Part shown: one piece after another, positions 1 through 9,917 of the stretch
Layout: each line of letters begins with the position of its first letter
Numbering within the stretch: the stretch's first letter is position 1
NCBI GenBank assembly: GCA_963705305.1
Contig: OY970067.1
Span: 5,408,001-5,472,000 of the forward strand
Length of the DNA stretch: 64,000 nucleotides
Direction: 5' to 3'
Source: an uncultured Methylomirabilota bacterium
GTDB lineage: Bacteria; Methylomirabilota; Methylomirabilia; Methylomirabilales; 2-02-FULL-66-22
The notes under the pieces: generated by a model
What the model was told of the DNA's origin: nothing
Database searches by the model: none
Seen by the model: only the letters and a program-made list of their open reading frames with translations
Program-made: the position numbers and the translations under genes

Positions 1-1455
1 TCGCACGCCGAACAGGAAGTCCGTGTTCTCGATCTTCGGCATGCGAATCGGCGTCGAGTACAGGAACGGCCCTTTGGGGTCCGAAGGATTGCTCGCGCGC
101 ATCCGAGTCAGCCTTTCCTTCTGCGCTGCGGTCAGCGTCTGGCCGACCTTCGCAAATGCCGTGGCGTACAGGTATGACATCTCGCCGTCCAGTTCCCCAT
201 ACCGTTTCGACAGGGCCATAGCCTTGTGCCGGTCGGCGACCTCACCTCGCAGGAAGCGTCGCAATTCGGTGGCGATCGCCCGGCGGATCCGGACAATCTC
301 GTCGAGGTCCCGACGCTGCAGCTCTATCAGGCCCGTGATGTGCCCCCGTTGTGTATCTGTCAGCGCAGCTAGGAAGGCTTCGCCGCTGTCGCCGGTGAGG
401 GATGTGCTGATGGCGTAGTCCTGCTTCCCCATGGCCGGGGCGGTCTTCATGCCGAAGCCGCCGAAGTACATGCCGTGACGCTCCGGGCAGAAGTAGGCGT
501 CGGCCTCCAGGGAGCCAGCGTACCAGGAGAACATCTCGCTGGCGTAGGTCATCACGGCGACATTCACTTCGTGGGACATGCTCCGCTTGTCGAGCTGTTC
601 CAGGATATCCGGCCACGTCCGGGAATCGCCGAACTTCAGCCTGGCCAGGGTCGCCTTCTGCTGGTCATTCAGGCTGCGGAGGACGCCGCCCGTGACCTGG
701 GCTCGTTGAAACGCCAACAGGCCGTCCAGCGCGTACAGCTCGGCCGAGTACTGCATCACCGCGTTCTTGTCCAACCCGCTGCTGCCGGCGGGGATCTCGC
801 CCTGTAGGTTTTGCCGGAACGCCATGATGAGTGGCAGGCGCTTCTCAGCGAACTGCCGGATGTCCTTCTCCTGGGCCTTGGCCAAGCTCAGGAGCTCCGC
901 CTTCTGATGATCGTTCAGGACCGCCAGCATGTTCTGGGCGATCCGCGTCAGGAAGGAGGTGTTGTGGCCAGCCCCCCCGGCGTCGATGTCCCGCATGTAC
1001 TGAAAGCCGAAGTAGTCGGAGACCTTCCCGGGCGGCAGGAAAGTGTCGCTCCCGAAATCGCCCGTCAGAAAGGCGAGGCCGTCGAAGGCAATCGTGTGGA
1101 GTTGCGCCGTATCGGAGACAGCTTGCTCGATCGAGTACCGTTTCGCAGTGTCGAGTGGCGGCGCTCCTTGTGGAGCGGCAGACTGCCTCGGCCGTGCGTT
1201 TGGCGGGGCGCCCGATGGCTGGTTTGGCCGCGCCGCCAACCCCTGGGGTGATTCCACGCAGGTGGCGGCAACCTGGCCTTCGGGCGTCGTATGCTGAACC
1301 GTATCGCCAGCCTGCTTGCCCCGGCAATCCTCATAGGCCTGAGGCGGCGGTTCGTGACCGCCCGGAGGGAGGGCCTGCGTCGGCTGATCCTGCGCCATCG
1401 CGGCCCCCGCGCACGCGCTCAAGGCCAGCACGAGGACTGCCATTCTCGCTTTCAT
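1..1455 (-). CDS. Secreted hypothetical protein, 3' end runs off the window
   Basis: Manual translation of the - strand: ATG at 1455 after a GGGAGGTG RBS, signal peptide MKARMAVLVLALSACAGAAMA, open to position 1. Absent from the ORF track because no stop lies in the window. Confidence 0.8.
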   Translation of the reverse strand, partial: MKARMAVLVLALSACAGAAMAQDQPTQALPPGGHEPPPQAYEDCRGKQAGDTVQHTTPEGQVAATCVESPQGLAARPNQPSGAPPNARPRQSAAPQGAPPLDTAKRYSIEQAVSDTAQLHTIAFDGLAFLTGDFGSDTFLPPGKVSDYFGFQYMRDIDAGGAGHNTSFLTRIAQNMLAVLNDHQKAELLSLAKAQEKDIRQFAEKRLPLIMAFRQNLQGEIPAGSSGLDKNAVMQYSAELYALDGLLAFQRAQVTGGVLRSLNDQQKATLARLKFGDSRTWPDILEQLDKRSMSHEVNVAVMTYASEMFSWYAGSLEADAYFCPERHGMYFGGFGMKTAPAMGKQDYAISTSLTGDSGEAFLAALTDTQRGHITGLIELQRRDLDEIVRIRRAIATELRRFLRGEVADRHKAMALSKRYGELDGEMSYLYATAFAKVGQTLTAAQKERLTRMRASNPSDPKGPFLYSTPIRMPKIENTDFLFGVR

Positions 1456-1619
1456 CACTTCACCTCCCGTGGTCAGAGTGCCCTCCAGACTTCGCCCGCC
1501 CGCGACGATCCCGGCTACACCATGGGCAACCGCCGCGGACGCCGACGAGTCGGTGGTGGCCGTTGTACCCCCCCGCCTCGCCCCATCTGCCGCAGAAGCG
1601 CCACACCCGATTAGAGCCC

Positions 1620-1781
1620 CGCCGGCGGTGAACGTTTAACCGGAAGCTGCTCGTCCGCCGATCCGCGCGGACGCCGCCTGGCCCCCGTGCGACGTCCCCC
1701 CTTCGGGGGCCCCCGCAGGCTATCGAGAGCAGACGAATTCCCCTGCAGACCAAGCAACGCGTGTGCCGCACGAGGTGCCGG
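1620..1781 (+). ncRNA. Possible structured RNA with a rod-like fold and central bubble (6S-like?)
   Basis: Intergenic. Imperfect closing stem 1625-1637/1755-1769, inner stem CTGCTC(1647-1652)/GAGCAG(1727-1732), cUUCGg tetraloop 1701-1706. Confidence 0.25.
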
Positions 1782-1820
1782 AGGCCGATCCCCCAGAGGT
1801 TTGTAACGATTGTGGACGTT

Positions 1821-2943
1821 TATGGGACGTTGTGGCCTAATTGTCCTAATAACTTCTCTCCAGTTCCCTCCACCTCTCCCCCGCCGCCTGCCCACGCCGG
1901 GCCGCCTTATGCACCGACGATAGTTGGATCCCGAGCCGCCGCGCGAGGGGGCCCGCCGACTGCCCGTACACCTCCAGCCAGATATACGCGATGCCTTCCC
2001 GCACGCGCGCCACCGCCCGGCGCCGGCCGCTCCCTTCGACACTGCCAGGGTGAAGCCCGAGACGCGCGCAGATCCGGGCGACAAGGGCCGGCAGGTCCGG
2101 GTGCCGAGCGGCCGCTTGTTCGCGGGCCTCTACGGCCCGCAAGATCCCTGCAACGAAGTCGCTCCCTCCGAGGATCCGCTCGTCTGCAGCGAATGCCTCC
2201 CGGCCCCGCCGCAAGGCGGTTACAGCCGCCCAGCCTCCGGCGCTACGCCGCAGGCCGCCCCCCTGGAGCTCCGGACGCCGGCCCTGCGCAATTCCATCCT
2301 CCACAAACCGCCGGTACCCCGATCGCGCGGCAGACGGGCGGGATCCAAACCGTTGGAGGACAGCGGTCGTTGCTTGCCAGGTCCGCTCCTGGTGTCCCAG
2401 CAATGCGCTGTGCCCAGACCACGGATAGCGGTGCAGGGCCGCGGCGTCGGCCACGACCCTCGCCCGGAGTGGGTTCAGGTGAATATACCGGACCAACTCA
2501 AGAAAATACGCCTCCTCCTCCACCACGATCGATTTGTACCGATTCTGAAAGAGGTGGCCGTGTCGGCGATGCCGGCGGTTGAACCCGCCGGCATACGCCG
2601 TTAGGAGGCGCCGCATCACTCGGGCCAAGGGTGTCGACCCTGTGCGAAGGAGCAGATGGGCGTGGTTCGGCAGGAGTGCCCATGCGTATGCCGTGACGTC
2701 ATGCTGCACGACGAGCCCAGCGACTCGGTCGAGGAACGCGGCACGATCGACCTCATCTCGGAAGAGGGCACGCCCCTCGATCCCGCGGACCATGACGTGG
2801 TGCAGCGTCCCGGGTGCGTCTAGTCGAGCTGCACGCGGCATAAGCGTCTCACCTCCCCCCTTCCGGCCAGCCTGCGGTCACAGTCTCGTAGTGATGCCGA
2901 GGTTGCTATCATCGATAGGACAATTAGGCCACAACGTCCCATA
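1821..2943 (-). mobile_element. RAYT-like HUH transposase element 1 with perfect 28-bp terminal inverted repeats
   Basis: TATGGGACGTTGTGGCCTAATTGTCCTA at 1821-1848 and its exact reverse complement at 2916-2943 enclose a single transposase gene. Confidence 0.85.
1846..2841 (-). CDS. REP-associated tyrosine transposase-like protein (Y1_Tnp) with C-terminal HTH (DnaA domain IV-like)
   Basis: MPR..RLDAPG.LHHV..RG start, HUH motif NHAH, GHLFQNRYKS, catalytic Tyr in RYIHLNP, C-terminal helical HTH. Confidence 0.9.
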   Translation of the reverse strand: MPRAARLDAPGTLHHVMVRGIEGRALFRDEVDRAAFLDRVAGLVVQHDVTAYAWALLPNHAHLLLRTGSTPLARVMRRLLTAYAGGFNRRHRRHGHLFQNRYKSIVVEEEAYFLELVRYIHLNPLRARVVADAAALHRYPWSGHSALLGHQERTWQATTAVLQRFGSRPSAARSGYRRFVEDGIAQGRRPELQGGGLRRSAGGWAAVTALRRGREAFAADERILGGSDFVAGILRAVEAREQAAARHPDLPALVARICARLGLHPGSVEGSGRRRAVARVREGIAYIWLEVYGQSAGPLARRLGIQLSSVHKAARRGQAAGERWRELERSY

Positions 2944-3051
2944 GGTGTATTGGCTTCTCTATCACATGTGGAGCTGGAGGAGCAAGCGGAGAATGCGAAG
3001 AGGTGGTCTCGGCCCCGTCGCCCGCCGCCACGCGGGCGAGGCCTGACCGAC

Positions 3052-5403
3052 TTACCGCCATTTCTTCAGCACCTGAAACAGATTGCTGTAGTCGTCGGTC
3101 CATACCCTGATCCGGCGGGCGGCCGGGTTCCTCGGCGTCGCCGCCTCGACAATGTCGGATGCCTCCAGCGCGCGGGGATCCCGCGACAGCAGCATCCACG
3201 TGCTGCTGCTCTTGGTGTCATCGTCATCCTCGTCTGTGTCAACGAGAACGCAGGCAAGCCCGAACCCGTCGGCCAGCGCCCACACCTCGCCGCTCAAATC
3301 GAGGTACCGGTTGGAAATGTGAACGGCGAGGATGCTCTCCGGCGCGCGTAGATGTCTAAGGTAGAGCTGTATCGCCTCGCGCGTCAGCAGGTGCACCGGA
3401 ATCGCATCGCTGCTGAACGCGTCGATGGCCAGCACGTCGAATCTCTGGGGGTCGCCGCGCGCCAGCTCGCGCTCCAGGGACAAACGGGCGTCGCCCAAGA
3501 CGACATCCACGGTGGCGGGACAGTCCCGGAGGTACGAGAAATAGTTGCGCGGCCCGAGCGACAGCCGAACCACATCCGGGTTGATCTCGTAGAACCGAAC
3601 GTAATCGCCCGGGCGCGCGTAGGCGGCGGTGATGCCGACGCCGAGGCCGACGATGCCGATCCGCAGGGGCTGCCTTCCGCGCCCGGCGGCGCCGGCGCGC
3701 GGACCATGCTGAAGGGCCAGCCCGATGCCGCTGTCCTCGCTGTAATATGCGGTCGGCAGCCGCCGCTTGTCCTCGGCCCGGAACTGGAACCCGTGCTCGA
3801 TCCGCCCATGGCGCAGCGCGTAGCGCTCCAGCTCCGGGTCGCCGCGATCCCGATCCTCCACGGTCAGCACGCCATAGAAGTTCCGCGACGCCTCGACCGC
3901 CCCTTCCAGCGTCGTGTTCACATCGGAGACCAGCACGCCTCCGAGAAAGGCCAGGCTGACTCCCAGGTATGCGGCAGCCAGGGCCGCCCGGCCGCGAACC
4001 GGGAACCTGGCTCGCAGCCAGGGAATCACGAGCACCAGCGCCGTCAGGACGGCAAGAACGAGGGGACCCGTCAGCCACAGGTGCCGGGCGTCCCGCAGCC
4101 ACCCCCCGGTCACATTCGGAAGGCCGCCCCCCAGCAGGTGGATCGCCAGGGCGTCCGCCCCCGCAAGCGCGAGCGCCGCCGGCCACAGACCGCCCTCCCG
4201 CAGCCAGGAGCGAGGGTCGCGCACCCACACCAGGACGGCCAGCAGGCAGGTCAGCCAGAGACTGACATGCACCTCCCAATAGCCGCGAAACAGCCGCGGG
4301 GCGATCAGGCCGACCGCGACGCCGCCCAGCGCGCCCCCCGTCGCGACCATCAAGTAGAAGGCGGTGAGGTGCCGCGGATCGGGTTTCAGCCGTACCAACT
4401 CCCCGTGACACACCATGCAGCCGGCAAACAGCACGAGGCAGTACGCCGCCACCTGGGTGACGATGCCGATGCCGACACCCCCGTAGAGGACGATTGAGGC
4501 GGCGCCGACGGCCAGCGCCAGCAACGGTCCGAAGACCCCGCGAGCATACCACCTCTCGTGGTCGAAGCAGATGACGAGGGAGATCAGATAGAGGGCCAAT
4601 GGAAGGATCCAGAGAAAGGGAATCGCGGCGACATCCTCGCACATCTGGTTGGTGACCGCCAGGAGCAGCATCGACGCGCAGGCGGCCAGGCTGACCCACA
4701 GCCAGTATAGACGCCGGGAGCCCGACACGCCGGCTCCCGCCGGTTCGGCCAGCGTCACCCCCTCCTGCCGCGCCCCTACGCCCGGCGGGGCCGGATCGAC
4801 CGCCGGCGCCAGATGGAGACACCAGGCGCACAGGATCGTGAATCCGACGTATCCCGCCCCCCAGACGATCGCCTGCTCCCTGAGCGTCAGAGCCGGCTCG
4901 ACCACGAACGGATAGCTCAGGAGCGCCAGCAATGATCCCAGATTCGACAGCGCATACAGGCGATACGGCGACACGCCCGGGCGCAGGCGACGGAACCATG
5001 TCTGGAGCACTGGACTGGTCGTCGACAGCAGAAAGTACGGCAGCCCGATCCCGACGGCGAGCAGGCCGAGGATGTGCGCGATCGGACTCGCCGACCCATC
5101 CGGCCTCCAGGAGGTCGGCGGAAGGATCGGCGATTGCCATGCGAAGAGCAGCAGCACGGCCAATGCCGTCGAGGCGAACAGGAGCCCCACCTGAACCCGG
5201 CGCTGCACGCGCGGGTCGAGGCGGCTGACCGTCCAGTGCGAATATGCATATCCGCCCAGCAGCAGCAGCTGGTAGAACAGCATGCAGGTCGTCCAGACCG
5301 CCGGCGCCCCGCCGAACCAGGGCAGGAGGTACTTCCCCATCAATGGCTGAACCTGGAAGAGCAGGAAGGCGGATAGGAAGATCGTGAGGGCGTAGAAGAT
5401 CAC
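3052..5403 (-). CDS. Fused multi-TM membrane / spermidine synthase-like SAM-binding protein
   Basis: Many TM segments, then IGIVGLGVG, YEINP, LGDAR, DAFSSDAIPVHLLT and WTDDYSNL. GTG start at 5403 is inferred. Confidence 0.85.
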   Translation of the reverse strand: MIFYALTIFLSAFLLFQVQPLMGKYLLPWFGGAPAVWTTCMLFYQLLLLGGYAYSHWTVSRLDPRVQRRVQVGLLFASTALAVLLLFAWQSPILPPTSWRPDGSASPIAHILGLLAVGIGLPYFLLSTTSPVLQTWFRRLRPGVSPYRLYALSNLGSLLALLSYPFVVEPALTLREQAIVWGAGYVGFTILCAWCLHLAPAVDPAPPGVGARQEGVTLAEPAGAGVSGSRRLYWLWVSLAACASMLLLAVTNQMCEDVAAIPFLWILPLALYLISLVICFDHERWYARGVFGPLLALAVGAASIVLYGGVGIGIVTQVAAYCLVLFAGCMVCHGELVRLKPDPRHLTAFYLMVATGGALGGVAVGLIAPRLFRGYWEVHVSLWLTCLLAVLVWVRDPRSWLREGGLWPAALALAGADALAIHLLGGGLPNVTGGWLRDARHLWLTGPLVLAVLTALVLVIPWLRARFPVRGRAALAAAYLGVSLAFLGGVLVSDVNTTLEGAVEASRNFYGVLTVEDRDRGDPELERYALRHGRIEHGFQFRAEDKRRLPTAYYSEDSGIGLALQHGPRAGAAGRGRQPLRIGIVGLGVGITAAYARPGDYVRFYEINPDVVRLSLGPRNYFSYLRDCPATVDVVLGDARLSLERELARGDPQRFDVLAIDAFSSDAIPVHLLTREAIQLYLRHLRAPESILAVHISNRYLDLSGEVWALADGFGLACVLVDTDEDDDDTKSSSTWMLLSRDPRALEASDIVEAATPRNPAARRIRVWTDDYSNLFQVLKKWR

Positions 5404-5659
5404 TGGCTTAACGGAAGCTCTGATCGACGAGCATATGATGATCGTGAAGAGAGCCGGTCCCGGAACCGGGGAGCCGCATGCGCACCTCGCGGCCGACCCC
5501 CAGGCCGGCCGGGCCAAAACGGCGGAAGGATACCGCAACCGGGGCTCGGGCTGTCAAGCCGAAGCCAGTCATGGATTGTCCGCTCGTACAACAGACCTTG
5601 ACCCGTAGATGTCGACAGACCCGCAAGGCGTGCCCCTCGAGACCCCACCCGACATGCGT

Positions 5660-5718
5660 GACCGAAGCGCCTGCGACCCCGTGATGGTCGTGGCCCGCGC
5701 AGATTCGAATCCGTTCAG
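5660..5718 (-). pseudogene. Possible N-terminal remnant of the FAD-binding subunit of the xanthine dehydrogenase-family enzyme
   Basis: Overlaps the Mo-subunit stop (CTGA in place of ATGA) after a G-rich RBS; reads (L)NGFESARATTI, similar to the usual MxxFEYxRxxT start of such subunits. Confidence 0.4.
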
Positions 5719-8033
5719 GACGTGCCCCCCTTCTTGGCCTCCGCCAAAGCGGCCAGCACCCGGTCCGGGGTCATCGGAAGCTGCCGGATGCGAACCCCCG
5801 TCGCGTTGAAGACGGCATTCGCGATGGCAGCCAGGGTGGGCACGAACACGGGCTCGGCGATGCCGGTCGCCGAAGTGTTGTTTCCCGCATTGGCCCCGTC
5901 GATCAAGAACGGCACGGCCTTGAACATGTCTGCCGCCCCGAGGATCTTGTAGGCCTCGAGGTTGGGATTCACCATGGTCCCCACGTTCCGGTCCAGGGTG
6001 CGCTGCTCGAGCAGGGCCCACGAGGCGCCCTGGATCTGGGCGCCGATGAGCTGGTGCTCCGCCGCCAGGGTGTTGATGGGGATCCCGCAGTTGATCGCGC
6101 CGACCATCTTGAGGACGCGGATCACGCCGGTTTCCACGTCCACCTCCACCTCTGCGAACTGCGTCGCGGCCAAGTCATCGCGGAAGCTCTCGAACTGCCG
6201 CTTGCGGTCCGCCAGGCAGCTGATCACCTCCCCCGGCATGTTTTGCGCCGCCGCGCGGAAGGCCACCTGCCGCTCCGGGTGGGCGGCCACGATGATCTTG
6301 CCGTCCACAAACTCGAGATCCTCCGGCTCGGCGTTCAGGAGGGGGGCGGCCAGAGCTGCGATCCGCATCCGGGCGTCGTGCGCCGCGAGGCGCACGGCGG
6401 GCCCCGAGGAGTTGGTCGTGGTGCTCCCGCCGGAGTTCCATCCCGGCGGGAAGCGCGTGTCGCCGACATGGACCGTCACGTCGGCGGGCCGGAGGCCCAG
6501 CTCCTCGGCCGCGATGATCGCCAGCACGGTCCGAAGGCCAGTCCCCAGGTCCTGGGCGCCATGGAACAGCTCGACGCTACCGTCCCGGTATACGTGCACC
6601 TCGGCCGCCACGGGCTCGTGGACCATGACATACCAGTTGCCGTTGGCCATCCCGATACCGCGCTTCCGGGGGCCGGGGGTGGCGCCCGGCGTCACGTTGC
6701 GGCGGTCCCAGCCGATGGCCTTGGCGCCGACGTCGTAATAGAATTTCCGGAACGGATGCGAGTCGTTCCTCCGTCGGAACTCCAGTGGATCCATCCCGAG
6801 GCGGTGCGCCAGCTCGTCCACGGCGCTCTCCAGTGCGAACGCCCCCTGCGGGTGGCCGGGCGCCCGAAGCGCGCAGGCCGGGCCCGCGTTCGTGAAGACG
6901 TCGTATTCCTCCAGCTTCACGTTGGCACAGCGCTGATAGATGTTGGCGGCAGGCCCGCCCATGCGGGAGGATCCGGCGATGCCGCCTTCCTCGTACGCGC
7001 GGAAGTGAATGGCGGTGAGGGTGCCGTCGGCCTTGGCGCCGAGCCGGACCGTGATGTGCGCGCCGGGGGCGTTGCCGGTGCAGAGCTGCTCTTCGCGGCG
7101 GCCGAGCATGAGCTTCACCGGCGCGCCCGCTGTCTTGGCGAGCCGGCAAGCGATTAGGGCAAACGCGCTCCCGACGGCCGAGGGGGACGATTTGCTTCCG
7201 AACCCGCCGCCCATGTGCTTGGTGATCACCCGAACGTTCTTCCGGGCGAGGCCGAACGCCTCGGCCAGGCCGGCCCGGACCTGAAAGACACCTTGTGTGG
7301 AGGCATAGACCGTCAGCCGGTCTCCCTCCCAGTGGGCGACGACCCCGTGCGTCTCGAGCGTGGCGTGGGTGTGGACGGCGAGGCGGTACGTGGCCTCGTG
7401 GACCGTCGCGGCCTCGGCAAACCCCTTCTCGATATCGCCCCGGCTCCCCCCACGGGTGGGCACGCTCGGCGGGGGCACGAACGGCCCGCTCACGTTCCCC
7501 CGGCGGGGGACATTCGACGGGCCGGCGGCCGGTGCCCCCGCGTACACGAGGGGCGCATTGGGGGCCATGGCCTCCTCGAGCGTGGTGACGAAGGGGGTCT
7601 CCTCATATTGCACCTCCACCAGGCGGGCCGCATCCTCCGCAATCTCTTGCGACACGGCGGCGACGGCCGCGATGTCCTGGCCCGCGAAGCGGACCATCCG
7701 CGCGTCCGTCTTCCACACCGCCTTCACGCCCGTGAGTCGCTCGGCCTTGGACGCCTCGATCCGCAGGATCTTGCCGGCGGGAATCGGCGCCCGGACCATG
7801 ACAGCCCACAGCATGCCCGGGAGCCGCACGTCATACGTGTACATGGCCCGACCGGTCACCTTCTGCGCCGCGTCCAGCCGGGGATGCCTCCCCTTCACGG
7901 TGCGGAGGCGGGAATCGTTATCCCAGGGCTGTAGGTCGTCCGGCGCCGGGTGGACCTCCAGGGTCACCGGGTCGTCGACGGGGCCGACCTTGACCTGAAA
8001 CGTGGGGCCGCTGGCGGAGTCCTGCTTGGCCAT
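5715..8033 (-). CDS. Xanthine dehydrogenase family molybdopterin-binding subunit (YagR/PaoC-like)
   Basis: 772 aa. KVTGRAMY..D, MGGGFGSK, ALRAPGHPQG, QDLGTG, TGIAEP, NAVFNATGVRIRQLP. Confidence 0.92.
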   Translation of the reverse strand: MAKQDSASGPTFQVKVGPVDDPVTLEVHPAPDDLQPWDNDSRLRTVKGRHPRLDAAQKVTGRAMYTYDVRLPGMLWAVMVRAPIPAGKILRIEASKAERLTGVKAVWKTDARMVRFAGQDIAAVAAVSQEIAEDAARLVEVQYEETPFVTTLEEAMAPNAPLVYAGAPAAGPSNVPRRGNVSGPFVPPPSVPTRGGSRGDIEKGFAEAATVHEATYRLAVHTHATLETHGVVAHWEGDRLTVYASTQGVFQVRAGLAEAFGLARKNVRVITKHMGGGFGSKSSPSAVGSAFALIACRLAKTAGAPVKLMLGRREEQLCTGNAPGAHITVRLGAKADGTLTAIHFRAYEEGGIAGSSRMGGPAANIYQRCANVKLEEYDVFTNAGPACALRAPGHPQGAFALESAVDELAHRLGMDPLEFRRRNDSHPFRKFYYDVGAKAIGWDRRNVTPGATPGPRKRGIGMANGNWYVMVHEPVAAEVHVYRDGSVELFHGAQDLGTGLRTVLAIIAAEELGLRPADVTVHVGDTRFPPGWNSGGSTTTNSSGPAVRLAAHDARMRIAALAAPLLNAEPEDLEFVDGKIIVAAHPERQVAFRAAAQNMPGEVISCLADRKRQFESFRDDLAATQFAEVEVDVETGVIRVLKMVGAINCGIPINTLAAEHQLIGAQIQGASWALLEQRTLDRNVGTMVNPNLEAYKILGAADMFKAVPFLIDGANAGNNTSATGIAEPVFVPTLAAIANAVFNATGVRIRQLPMTPDRVLAALAEAKKGGTS

Positions 8034-8036
8034 GGG

Positions 8037-8133
8037 TCACCCCTTCTGCTGGGCTGCTTTTGGAACGGCCTCGAAAATGCGGGCATACGTCCCGCCTGAG
8101 AAGCGCCGTGAAGGCCTCGACGAAGCCCGGTGT
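8037..8133 (-). pseudogene. C-terminal remnant of a (2Fe-2S) subunit gene
   Basis: - strand reads TPGFVEAFTALL, then in a shifted frame GTYARIFEAVPKAAQQKG*, ending 4 nt before the Mo-subunit ATG. The Cys ligands are missing. Confidence 0.55.
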
Positions 8134-8409
8134 AAAGTGCCACGCGAGGATTCCTCGGAACGTTCTTGCCGTCAGAAGGGTTCCCCATGCAGCACCTCGT
8201 GGCTCACGGCAGCGAACCGGGTTGGGTCTCTGCCGGTCCTGATATCTTCCCCTGGAAGAGCGCTCGAATTCTATGCCCGTTGACCCCCGAAAGTCAAAAT
8301 CGAAGGGGCAGCCCCGAGCTCCGGCCAGGCGGGAGCACGGCGGGTCATCCTGTGCTGCACCCGATGAGTGAGGCGCGCCGCAGGCCGCCCCAGAAGCGCG
8401 AGAAATTCC

Positions 8410-8440
8410 TTGACACCTCCGCGATGGAGGTGGTATCCAT
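8410..8440 (+). promoter_or_regulatory. Putative sigma70 promoter of the aroF leader, with an inverted repeat in the spacer
   Basis: TTGACA 8410-8415, TGGTATCC near -10, CACCTCC-N5-GGAGGTG palindrome between them. Confidence 0.5.
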
Positions 8441-8468
8441 GCCTTGCCTCGAACCGGAGCGGTGTGCG

Positions 8469-8555
8469 ATGTCCAGTGCCTCTATTCGTGCTTATTACTT
8501 TTGGTTTAGCTTTGCGGGCGTCTGCCCTCTCGGCTCGAGGCGTCGGATGAGCTAA
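8469..8555 (+). CDS. Aromatic amino acid attenuator leader peptide MSSASIRAYYFWFSFAGVCPLGSRRRMS
   Basis: 28-aa ORF with a YYFWFSF run, GGAG RBS, directly upstream of a terminator and DAHP synthase. Confidence 0.85.
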   Translation: MSSASIRAYYFWFSFAGVCPLGSRRRMS

Positions 8556-8576
8556 ACCACCTCACATCCAACCACC

Positions 8577-8620
8577 AAGGGCCACGGGGCAGATGAAAGC
8601 CCCGTGGCCCTTTGTTTTTT
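8577..8620 (+). terminator. Attenuator (intrinsic) terminator
   Basis: Perfect 14-bp stem AAGGGCCACGGGGC/GCCCCGTGGCCCTT, 8-nt loop, followed by TGTTTTTT. Confidence 0.88.
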
Positions 8621-8668
8621 CCGGGCGCGGGGCGCCGTGGCGATTCCACAGAAGGAGGACGGGGGGAG

Positions 8669-9685
8669 ATGATCATCGTCATGAAGGGCAGCGCGCAGGA
8701 AGAGGAGATCCAGCAGGTCATCCAGACGGTCGTGGAGCTGGGCTACCAGCCCCACGTGATTCGCGGCACGCAGCGAACCGTCATCGGCGCCGTCGGGGAC
8801 GAGCGCGGCAAGGCCCGCCTGCGCTCCATGGAGGCCCTCCCCGGGGTGGAGAGCGTGGTCCCCATCCTCCAACCCTTCAAGCTGGCGGGCCGGGAATTCA
8901 AGTCCACGTCCAGCGTGGTGAAGGTCCGGGACGCGGAAATCGGAGGCGACCGACTGGCGGTCATCGCCGGGCCGTGCAGCGTGGAGAACGAGGAGCAGCT
9001 CATCGAGGTCGCCCGGGCCGTCAAGGGGGCGGGTGCCACGTTGTTGCGGGGCGGCGCCTTCAAGCCCCGCACCTCCCCCTACGCGTTCCAGGGGCTCGGA
9101 GAGGAGGGCCTCCGGCTGCTGCGGGTCGCCCGCGAGGAGACCGGGCTCCCCGTCGTGACCGAGGTGCTGAGGACGGAGGACGTGGATCTGGTGGCCGAGA
9201 CCGCCGATATGATCCAGATCGGCGCCCGGAACGTGCAGAACTTCGCCCTGCTGAAACGGGCCGGCGAGGTGCGAAAGCCGGTCCTGCTCAAGCGCGGGAT
9301 GGCCACCACCATCCAGGAGTTCCTGATGGCGGCCGAGTACGTCCTCTCGGAGGGCAACTACAACGTCGTGCTTTGCGAGCGGGGCATCCGGACCTTCGAG
9401 ACGGCCACCCGCTTCACCCTGGACCTGAACGCCGTCCCGGTCATCAAGAAGCTCAGCCACCTGCCTATCATCGTGGACCCCAGCCACGGCACGGGCCACT
9501 GGGAATACGTGATCCCCATGGCCAAGGCCGGCATTGCCTGCGGGGCGGACGGGCTGATGATTGAGGTCCACGTGCGGCCCGAGATCGCGGTGAGCGACGG
9601 CGTCCAGTCGCTCAAGCCAGCGATGTTCCGCCAGCTGATCCAGGAGGTCGCGCCCTTCGCCCAAGCCGCGGGACGGAAGCTATAG
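8669..9685 (+). CDS. aroF: 3-deoxy-7-phosphoheptulonate (DAHP) synthase, type I-beta with N-terminal regulatory domain
   Basis: [38 protein letters not shown]. Confidence 0.95.
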   Translation: MIIVMKGSAQEEEIQQVIQTVVELGYQPHVIRGTQRTVIGAVGDERGKARLRSMEALPGVESVVPILQPFKLAGREFKSTSSVVKVRDAEIGGDRLAVIAGPCSVENEEQLIEVARAVKGAGATLLRGGAFKPRTSPYAFQGLGEEGLRLLRVAREETGLPVVTEVLRTEDVDLVAETADMIQIGARNVQNFALLKRAGEVRKPVLLKRGMATTIQEFLMAAEYVLSEGNYNVVLCERGIRTFETATRFTLDLNAVPVIKKLSHLPIIVDPSHGTGHWEYVIPMAKAGIACGADGLMIEVHVRPEIAVSDGVQSLKPAMFRQLIQEVAPFAQAAGRKL

Positions 9686-9842
9686 CAGGCTGCTGAAAAA
9701 CCCGTTTTCGCTCAGGCTGCTCAAAAAGGCCCAGATGCAAGGCGCCGCGCGATCCGGGGCGCGAGGCGTACTTCGTGCGTACGTTGCAGCGCCGCGGGAG
9801 CGCGGCAACGCCGCAGATGGGACTTTTTCAGCAGCCTGCTAG
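9683..9842. mobile_element. MITE-like repeat, copy 1
   Basis: Perfect 18-bp TIR TAGCAGGCTGCTGAAAAA (9683-9700 / 9824-9841) plus an internal TIR-like copy at 9713-9727. Homologous to 23932-24111 in the opposite orientation. Confidence 0.8.
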
Positions 9843-9917
9843 GGGCAAGACCCGGCTCCGCCGGCGCTTTTGGCCCGATGATCGCGGTCCGATGGGGGGC
9901 ACGCGCGGATGGCCGGG

